Origin: Paraspadella gotoi
Lineage: Eukaryota > Animalia > Chaetognatha
Direction of reading: 5' to 3'
DNA: 64,000 bases
NCBI GenBank assembly: GCA_051294375.1
Contig: CM119268.1
Coordinates: 7,712,632 to 7,776,631 of the forward strand
The position numbers and the translations under genes were made by a program. Within the stretch, counting starts at the first letter, position 1. Every line of letters starts with the position of its first letter. This document shows positions 51,501 through 64,000 of this stretch, piece by piece. Under the pieces are notes generated by a model. That model was given only the letters and a program-made list of their open reading frames with translations, had not been told where the DNA came from and did no database searches.

Positions 51501-52792
51501 CTTCCTCTCCTCGTCTTCTCTCTCTCTTCTCTCTCCTCTCCTTCTCCTTTCCTATCTTTTTGGGTAAGGTACCAAAACCCAGAATTCGTCTTTAACTTTA
51601 ACAAAGCATTAAAATCATAAAAAACTCATCAAGAAACCATCAGGGTTTTTTTTTCGTAGTTTTCTTTTCGGTTTGGCGGGCAACTGAGTGAAAGAGTGAA
51701 CAGAGAACGAGTCAGGCATATTAGGAGGAAAGGAAAAGAAAAAGTGAGGAAAGGAATGGAACATGAAAAGAAAAATGGAGAAAGAAAAAATATGAAAAAG
51801 AAAAGAAATGAAAAGCAAAAAGACGAGAAAAATAACTGAAATCAACAGAAAAAAAAAATTTAGACAAGAAAAGAAAAGGGGAAAAAAGTAAGTAAGGTAA
51901 GTTAAGGGAAGTTGAATGAAGGGACAACAAAACTTCCTCTCAAGAGACACGAGAGAATCGAGAAAGCGCCCGGCGTTGTTCGCCACCTCGAACCGATTTC
52001 CGCACGATGGCGCCGGAACAGGAAAGGAAAAAAAATGAACAACGGAAAAAGGAAAACGGCGCCCTGGGGTAAATAAAACGCCGGCGACCGGCAGAGAGGG
52101 GTAAGGGTTTTTTTTTCTGCGTGCGTGAGAGGGCGTGGCAGTGAGGCCGATGTCGAAGGAGACGAGAGGCGTCGGTGTGGCTCGGCTGGTCGACGAGGCG
52201 GTTGACGGAAGAGGCCGCCGAGAGAAGAGGATCGTACGCTCCTGCCTCTCATCGATGCGACGATGTGGAAAGAGAGATAATAAGTTGAAGAAAAACCGAG
52301 GATTTCTGAGTTGAAAAGCAATATAGTTAACAATATAATTATCTTTCGATACCATAGCTCAGGTGACAAACGGAGATTCGTTTAATATAACCAATTTTTT
52401 AGGACTTTTAGGCTTTAGAGTTTTCATTAGGACCTATCATTAACCTATTTCCGTTGCTATTTGACATTATAGATTACGAAAAAGTGCAAGAATACTTGTT
52501 TTAATATAAAATAATATTGATCTGCTATGTCATTATCTTGTAAGAGTGATGGAGGCCTTAAACCACCAAAGCCTGTCCAAAGTCAGGGGAAAGAGAGCTT
52601 GTTTATTAAATGAATGGATAATTTTTATAATGGTTGTATCAATTTCATATAATATAAAATCTAAAGAGAGAAATTTGACGTCGGAGAAAAAAAAAATGTT
52701 AATCGAAGACGAGAAAGAAAATCGTCGGTGAGAGTTTGCCTAATGTCAATCTGTCAAGGACTACGTGACCGGACGCGGACGGGAAAGAATAA

Positions 52793-52840
<48 letters not shown>

Positions 52841-53172
52841 TCGTCTCTCTTCTCTCTCCACTTCTCTCTCTCTCATCTCTCTCTCTCCTCTTTCTTCAAT
52901 GCACGCGCACGCATTTATATATTTTTGACCAGTGACTCCGCGAAAGTGTTTCCCCGCATGGGGTCACATCAACTGGGTTTCAGACTCCATCGGAAAAACT
53001 AGGGAATTTCGTCTAGAACTCTCTCCCTTCCACGCCCCTTTTCCCCTACCCCACTCCGCCCCACTCCTCTCTCTCTCCCTTCCTTCTTTTCTCGGAGTCG
53101 CGAGGCCAGAAGAAAAATGGGAAAGTACACCGAGGGCTGATTCGTGGGAATGGCGAGGGAGAGCTGGCAGGA

Positions 53173-53233
<61 letters not shown>

Positions 53234-53259
53234 GGGAAAGAAAGAAAGAAAGAAAGAAA

Positions 53260-53327
<68 letters not shown>

Positions 53328-54710
53328 AGAAAGAAAGAGAGAAAGAAGAGAATATAGAAAAGAAAGAGAGAAAGAAAGAGAGAAAGAGAGAGAGAATTGT
53401 TCTCTGACTCAGAGAGAGAGTTGGTCTTTATTCCGGTTTTTCTGCAACAAAAAGTAAAAAAAAAAAATAAAAAAGTTCAGAAAAAATGAAAATCGAAAAA
53501 GTTGCGTCATGCGTGAACGATTTTTTGCAAACCGCTGGGAATTTCAATTACACTAAAAAAAGGCAAACAAACAAACTGACAGAAAATGAATGTAACGAGC
53601 GTAAAAGAAAAAAAAGGGGCTGGAAAATAACCGAAGCATAAAAATAAAGAAAAGCAAAACAAAAGAAAAATAAAGAAAAGCAGCGACGTTTCCCGGAAAA
53701 GAGACAAACTTAGAAACGAAAGAAAAAAAAAACAGAAGCGGAAGCAAAAACAAAAACAAAAGCATAAAGAAACAAAACGCTTGATTTATCCGGCGCCGAA
53801 GACAAAACTATGAAGATCCATTTTAAAATGTCCCGCGTGCATAGAGGTTGGCAGCTGCGACGCCGTCTCTGCAGCTGTCGCTGCTGTACTTGTTTAACTT
53901 TAATGTAAATCGAGTTCAAAAATGATGCCTCTCGTCGTTCGATCAACTTAGAATTAAAACTTTGCGAAGCTTTAGGGAAAGCAGTACCGAGATATCGCTT
54001 TCCGAAAGGAATGAGATGGAATCATTGGTCCCCTTTGCAAACGCAAAGGGCGAAACACGATGATCGCGAATTGGGACGGAAGGGAAACGAGAAATAATTA
54101 AGAGAGGGAAAGGGAGGCGTGACTGGGATGAATGCTTTACCATCTTCCGCTATATATTATATATTATATGGTTTCAATTTAGTTTAGCAACCTTCTTACT
54201 TTGTTCTTACCTATTCTCTTATTATGAAAAAATTACAAGATAACTTGTTGAGACTATAATAGACAATATTTTTTTAAAAAATTAATATATAAGTTGAGTA
54301 TATTTCACATTAGTAATAGATTCAACTATTATTTATGAAAATTTGCAAATTACTTGTTTCACTATTTTCTATTTTTATATTTTATTTAATATTTAATAAT
54401 ACAATGGGAAGAGGGATGTGTTGCATTGTGGAAATAGAGGGAGCACAAGGTTAAAAATTACTTTCTGCCCAAGTTTTCTAATAAGATAAAAGCCATCATT
54501 CTTGTTAGGAAGTTATTTATTGAAAAATCAAAATATATAAAAGTCTGAACAGAAAGGGGTGGAGGGGATAATTCGTTATGGGATAAAGGTTGTTTATGAT
54601 TCGTTACTGTGGAGGGTTAAGACTACATAGTAGAATTGTATGTTCTGATAGGGATACATAGCGGGAAAAGTTTTATTTAATCAATTTAGTTTTATTTAAT
54701 AGTTTATTCA

Positions 54711-54928
54711 ATTTTTCGGGATGACTCACTAGCTAATTCATTTTTGATTCTCTATCTCTTTTTCCAGAGATTCACTTTCCCTTTCACTTATTCACTCACC
54801 TCCTTCAATCGCCGTTTCCATGGTGACAACGATGGTCACAGCCAAACAACGTGACCATCTCTCGTTTCTCCGGAATTTCTTTCTCGGTTTAGTGGGCGAT
54901 GGTTGTCGCCTTTCCAGTGGGTGTGTCG

Positions 54929-54982
<54 letters not shown>

Positions 54983-55996
54983 GTGAAGGTTGAGTGGATG
55001 ATCGAATAGTGAATGGGTCAATAGGTGAAAATTACTACGACGTTTAGTGGTTATATTTTATGAATTCCGGCGCCTGCTAATAATTTTGTTCGATTACTCT
55101 AAGTCTAACCCTGGCAACAACAACAACGACGGCGATGACTGAATTTCTAGCCGTGCCGATCGATCGAGCGAAACCCCCCCCCCACAGGAAAAGCACTGAG
55201 TCGGGGGGATTATGATATTGACGGCTATAAGACGATGAGGGAGGCTTGGTGGTAGAAAGACAAAGAGGACAAAGAATAGGACAAGAAATAAGCAAGGAAA
55301 AAGAGAGGGCAAGGAAAAAAAAAACCCGATAAATTTCCTTTCTCTTTGAGGTGCGATTAGCTGACTACACTTATCTCTTTGACGAAGAGGCGGTAAAATT
55401 AGTCTGATTGGGAATTCTTTCTTTCTTTTGCGGGAAAAAAAAGAAGAAAGCAGCGCTCGTTTGGAAAATGGACTTTGGAGCTTCATCAAACTGGGGTTAA
55501 GGATGAGATGGCGTGGGATGGGCGAGTGGTAAGGATGGCAACTGGCAATAGTAGGAAGGAATGAGGGGATGGTAAGGATGGCAACTGGCAACAGGGGGGG
55601 AAAGAAGGGAAGGAAGAAGGAGGGACAGAAAAAAGGGAAGGGGAGAAAAGGGGAAGAAAATTAGGGCAAGAAAGAAAAAAAGGAAACGAAAGAAGGGAAA
55701 GAAAGAAAAAGAGAAGGAAAGAAAGGAAAGGCAAAATAAGGGAAGGAAAGAAGGAAAGGACAGAAGAAGGAAATAGATCCGGAAATAAAGCCCCCCCCCC
55801 ATTTTTTTTCGAAACTGAGGGCTGGGTGCCGAGGGGAAAAGAAGGCTCCCTGGATTGAGTCGGGTCACTCCGCACGATAAAACTGTTGATGATGCATCAT
55901 GAAGCGAAAATGGGAAACACCATGAACAGCTCCATCGCGCGCTCCATCGATTCGCACCATGACTGACTCATGGGCTGGGAGCGGCTTTAAATAGAC

Positions 55997-56038
<42 letters not shown>

Positions 56039-56535
56039 ACATTTGTATTCTTCCATGTATCGATTACAAAACAAAATGTAAAGAGAGAAGTAGAGGGAGA
56101 GAGAGAGAGAGCCTTCGCAGGTTAGGAAGAATAAAGATGAGTCGAAAAAAGATAACTCACGTTAATCACCCTTTCTCTCTCTCTCCTCAACCTTCCTCCC
56201 ATTCTCCTCCCCCCTTTCCCACCCTCTTCCCCCTTTTCCCGCCTTTTTCCCCCCACATCTTGGGCTGACATTCGATCGTCTTCAGGTAAGAAGAGAAGAG
56301 AGAGATTAAGTTTATTCATTTTCGGGATGACTCATAGCTAATTCATTTTTGATTCTCTATCTCTTTTTCCAGAGATTCACTTTCCCTTTCACTTATTCAC
56401 TCACCTCCTTCAATCGCCGTTTCCATGGTGACAACGATGGTCACAGCCAAACAACGTGACCATCTCTCGTTTCTCCGGAATTTCTTTCTCGGTTTAGTGG
56501 GCGATGGTTGTCGCCTTTCAGTGGGTGTGTCGGTC

Positions 56536-56617
<82 letters not shown>

Positions 56618-57625
56618 TGAAGGTTGAGTGGAATGATCGAATAGTGAATGGGTCAATAGGTGAAAATTACTACGACGTTTAGTGGTTATATTTTATGAAT
56701 TCCGGCGCCTGCTAATAATTTTGTTCGATTACTCTAAGTCTAACCCTGGCAAACAACAACAACGACGGCGATGACTGAATTTCTAGCCGTGCCGATCGAT
56801 CGAGCGAAACCCCCCCCCCCACAGGAAAGCACTGAGTCGGGGGGATTATGATATTGACGGCTATAAGACGATGAGGGAGGCTTGGTGGTAAGAAAGACAA
56901 AGAGGACAAAGAATAGGACAAGAAATAAGCAAGGAAAAAGAGAGGGCAAGGAAAAAAAACCCGATAAATTTCCTTTCTCTTTGAGGTGCGATTAGCTGAC
57001 TACACTTATCTCTTTGACGAAGAGGCGGTAAAATTAGTCTGATTGGGAATTCTTTCTTTCTTTTGCGGGAAAAAAAAGAAGAAAGCAGCGCTCGTTTGGA
57101 AAATGGACTTTGGAGCTTCATAAAACTGGGGTTAAGGATGAGATGGCGTGGAATGGGCGAGTGGTAAGGATGGCAACTGGCAATAGTAGGAAGGAATGAG
57201 GGGATGGTAAGGATGGCAACTGGCAACAGGGGGGGAAAGAAGGGAAGGAAGAAGGAGGGACAGAAAAAAGGGAAGGGGAGAAAAGGGGAAGAAAATTAGG
57301 GCAAGAAAGAAAAAAAGGAAACGAAAGAAGGGAAAGAAAGAAAAAGAAAGGAAAGAAAGGAAAGGCAAAATAAGGGAGGAAAAGAAGGACAGAAGAAGGA
57401 AATAGATCCGGAAATAAAGCCCCCCCCATTTTTTTTCGAAACTGAGGGGCTGGGTGCCGAGGGGAAAAGAAGGCTCCCTGGATTGAGTCGGGTCACTCCG
57501 CACGATAAAACTGTTGATGATGCATCATGAAGCGAAAATGGGAAACACCATGAACAGCTCCATCGCGCGCTCCATCGATTCGCACCAATGACTGACTCAT
57601 GGGCTGGGAGCGGCTTTAAATAGAC

Positions 57626-57708
<83 letters not shown>

Positions 57709-57968
57709 ACATTTGTATTCTTCCATGTATCGATTAACAAAACAAAATGTAAAGAGAGAAGTAGAGGGAGAGAGAGAGAGAGCCTTCGCAGGTTAGGAAG
57801 AATAAAGATGAGTCGAAAAAAGATAACTCACGTTAATCACCCCTTTCTCTCTCTCTCCTCAACCTTCCTCCCATTCTCCTCCCCCCTTTCCCACCCTCTT
57901 CCCCCTTTTCCCGCCTTTTTCCCCCCACATCTTGGCTGAACATTCGATCGTCTTCAGGTAAGAAGAGA
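54711..57968. repeat. Near-identical tandem duplication, ~1.6-kb unit (54711-56300 and 56317-57968)
   Basis: Both units begin atttttcgggatgactca and end tcttcaggtaagaagagaaa. Confidence 0.95.
54800..54821 (-). CDS. Candidate first coding exon (METAIEG, phase 1); copy at 56405-56426
   Basis: Kozak-like gtcaccATGG context followed by a strong G|GTGAGT donor. The frame is also open upstream (...RWSRCLAVTIVVT-METAIEG). Confidence 0.4.
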
Positions 57969-58039
57969 AAACCTTTCATTAATCTCTCTCCTCTCTCTCC
58001 TCTCTCTCTCTCTCCTCTCTCGTCTCCTCTCTCTCTCTC

Positions 58040-58070
<31 letters not shown>

Positions 58071-58140
58071 ATCTCTCTCTCTTTTTTTTTCCCCAGTTAT
58101 NNNNNNNNNNNNNNNNNNNNNNNNNAAAACCTTTCATTAA

Positions 58141-58172
<32 letters not shown>

Positions 58173-58190
58173 TCTCTCTCTCTCTCCTCT

Positions 58191-58236
<46 letters not shown>

Positions 58237-58254
58237 TTTTTTTTTTTCCCAGTT

Positions 58255-61440
<3,186 letters not shown>

Positions 61441-61943
61441 AGGAAGGCGGCGGTGAAAGAGAAAAGCGGAAAAGCGTCGGCGTCGGCGAAGAACGCAGGT
61501 GAAATAATTGAAAAATGACGAGGCCGCGAATAAAGGGAGGAGTGGAGGAAAAGAAAAGGGAGGAAAGAGGGAGGAATGGAGGAAAAGAAAAGGGAGGAAA
61601 GAGGGAGGAATGGAGGAAAAGAAAAGAAAAGAAAAGAAAAGGAGCAGGGAGGGGAGGAGTTTGAAAGAACAACGGGGAATGGGATGAAGGAAACAAAGGA
61701 GGAAAGGAGGCAGGGAGAAGTGAAGACAGTAGGAGGAGACGAAAGAAAAAAAATATGGCGGCGTTTATGAAAGGAGGAAAGAAAGATGAGGAAAAGAGAA
61801 ATTGAGGTACGGAAAAATAAAGAGGGGGTTTGAAATATCGTCTGTAAAAGTTAATTTATGAAATTGCTTTCACGTGTAAATGATTATGTAAAACGATTAT
61901 TAACGAAGTTTAAACGACAAAGGTCATGAGAAAAACGGTAAAA

Positions 61944-62236
61944 ACAAGAACGCTAATTTCAATGTATTGCGCCGCAGTGACTTTATTTTTACGTGTATTT
62001 TCCTTTGATCACATTCCGTTTTTTTTTATAGTTTTAGCAATTCCTGAAGGCGGCGCTAGCAGTCTCTTAGATTTGAGGTTTTTTCTGTCTAAACAAATGA
62101 GCAACCAACAATAGGCAAATTATATGTATTTTTAACGCAAGTGGGACAGATATACCGACGAACCAACCGACAGACGGACCGACCAAAAGACTGACGGACC
62201 GACCGAAAAGTGACTTATAGAGTTTCTCCGCGAGTT
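61944..62236 (-). mobile_element. HINE-like element, independent copy 3, truncated in the terminal palindrome
   Basis: acaagaacgctaatttcaatgtattgcgccgc matches the 926-958 terminus. It shares cctgaaggcggcgct, the GACC microsatellite and gtgacttatagagtt, and ends at ccgcgagtt. Its flanks are unrelated to those of copy 1. Confidence 0.65.
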
Positions 62237-63161
62237 GATACTTAAGACATATATAGCTCCACCCTGTAGTTGAAACCTTCCAACGTTAATACACGGCGAA
62301 CAGTCGTTGATGTACGCACGGACTAAACAGTAAACAAAACCGAATAGAAAACGAACTCTTTGAGAGCAGTGAGTGAAATCGAGGCGCAAACTGAACCGTA
62401 ACGCAAATGGAACCGATGCGAAGAGCAATGAATGTGAAAATTGAATGGACTTCCAAGTGCAATTCTTGCAAAGTTGAAAGAAAGTGGAGTTAAATATACA
62501 AAGGAGATATATATACATTTTTATACATAAAGTAAAGTAAAAAACAATTAACATTTAGCGAAATTTCGGCGAGAAAAGTCATTACAAAATTGTCACTAAT
62601 ATGAAGACATCACTGGGTTTGGCATCTCGATAATCAATAGAATGTAGGTCGATAAGCAACTGTGAATAACGTAACGAGAAAAATCGCCATTTGCACAAAA
62701 GAAAAAAAAAACAGTTAAAGAGATCTCAAAATTCTAATGGCCGTTTGCGCTGAGATGGTACGTATATTGTATAAGAAAAATATATACATATATATATATT
62801 TTGTATAAGAAATATCACGATTGGCAACTTGGCAATAGATGAAGCTCAATGGGAGACGCAACGGAGAATAGGCATGCAGATTGCAGAAAGGAAAGAAGAT
62901 GGAATGAAGTCTTGGCTGAAATGGCACTTAGCGCAGATTGACGCGTTGTAACTCAATATTTCTATTTTTACTATACGTACAGTATTAAAACTTAACGAAT
63001 GAATAATGGATAAATAATAGAAAAAGATAAACCAAAATTCTTTGTACGATAATAATTCGCAATTCGAAATTTTTAAAATAAATCAGTCCTGAGAATAAAT
63101 TTGAGAAAGTATAAATTAATTGAGTTCCGAACAACAAAAGTTACTTTCAAATTTAACTAAA

Positions 63162-63212
<51 letters not shown>

Positions 63213-63400
63213 CCTTCCTCTCTCTCTCTCTTTCTCTCTCTCTCTGTCTTTAATTAAACATTATCCTGTTTATACGGTCTCTCCTTCGCGCCTTTCATCT
63301 CTGATTTGCTGGTCGACGACAATGAGCATAAACAGTCAATAGAGGAGTTGAATCACGAACAGCAAGACTGAAAACAAAAAAGAAAACGAAGTGATTACAG

Positions 63401-63531
63401 CACAAAACGGTCTGACTGACCTCAAGGCTCTCTGGCATCTTGACTGCGAAAATGACCGCCATGTTGAACCCGACGACTCCAATTCTCAGGAGAGCGCTCG
63501 TGATAGTCGTTCTCGTATAAAGAGACTATCG
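63401..63531 (+). CDS. Candidate internal exon (QNGLTDLKALWHLDCENDRHVEPDDSNSQESARDSRSRIKRLS)
   Basis: Acceptor gattacag| and donor tcg|gtgaga. Only one of the three frames is open, and it ends near an R-X-K-R furin-type site. Confidence 0.6.
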
Positions 63532-63619
63532 GTGAGAAGCTCGATTAAAGGAAAAAGGATGAGAAATAATTCTCTCTCTCTCTCTCTCTCTCTCCCTCTC
63601 TCTCTCTCTCTCTTGTCTC

Positions 63620-63663
<44 letters not shown>

Positions 63664-63729
63664 CTGTCCTGTGTCTTCGTCTCAATCTCCCATCCTCTCG
63701 CCTCATTTGTTCCATGTGCCCTCCTACGT

Positions 63730-63829
<100 letters not shown>

Positions 63830-64000
63830 GGTGCCAAGTCGTGGTCTTTCCTCTACGATTCCCATCGTCGTCGTCGTCTTCGTCGTCGTCGTCGTCGTCA
63901 TCATCGTCGTCGTCGACTCGAGTTGTTATCATCCGGTTTCTTCTTCTCTTTCTTCTCTGATTTTTCACGACTCATTTTCGCTCGCGTCTCTTTTGTCTCT

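Overview
Eukaryotic, probably invertebrate-animal, genomic DNA from a draft gap-filled assembly. It is not prokaryotic: I see no operons, CRISPR array, rRNA or intact tRNA. The window is dominated by (AG)n/(CT)n, (AAAG)n, (GTC)n and (ATTG)n/(ATTC)n microsatellites, and most listed ORFs are translations of these. Most of the window occurs twice: 1035-5135 vs 19381-24450 (inverted), 6290-9360 vs 17496-19270, 9500-17470 vs 24520-31577, 32040-32850 vs 33168-33965 (inverted), 34120-40280 vs 40430-45992, plus two ~1.6-kb tandem pairs after 54.7 kb. The indel-rich divergence and seven exactly 25-N gaps point to uncollapsed haplotypes or overfilled gaps built from noisy long reads. Comparing the copies exposes filled versus empty sites: a 1.18-kb non-autonomous hAT-like element with an 8-bp TSD, a ~564-bp probable solo LTR, and a 13-copy ~71-bp tandem array. 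There are three copies of a DINE-1/Helentron-type non-autonomous element and a possible Penelope-like ORF fragment. Short GT-AG exons hidden between the repeats outline at least one unrecognised multi-exon gene, a C-terminal transmembrane exon and a furin-site exon. Several of their acceptors lack a polypyrimidine tract. I found no convincing new multi-gene system. All protein identities are unknown and all coordinates were read by eye.
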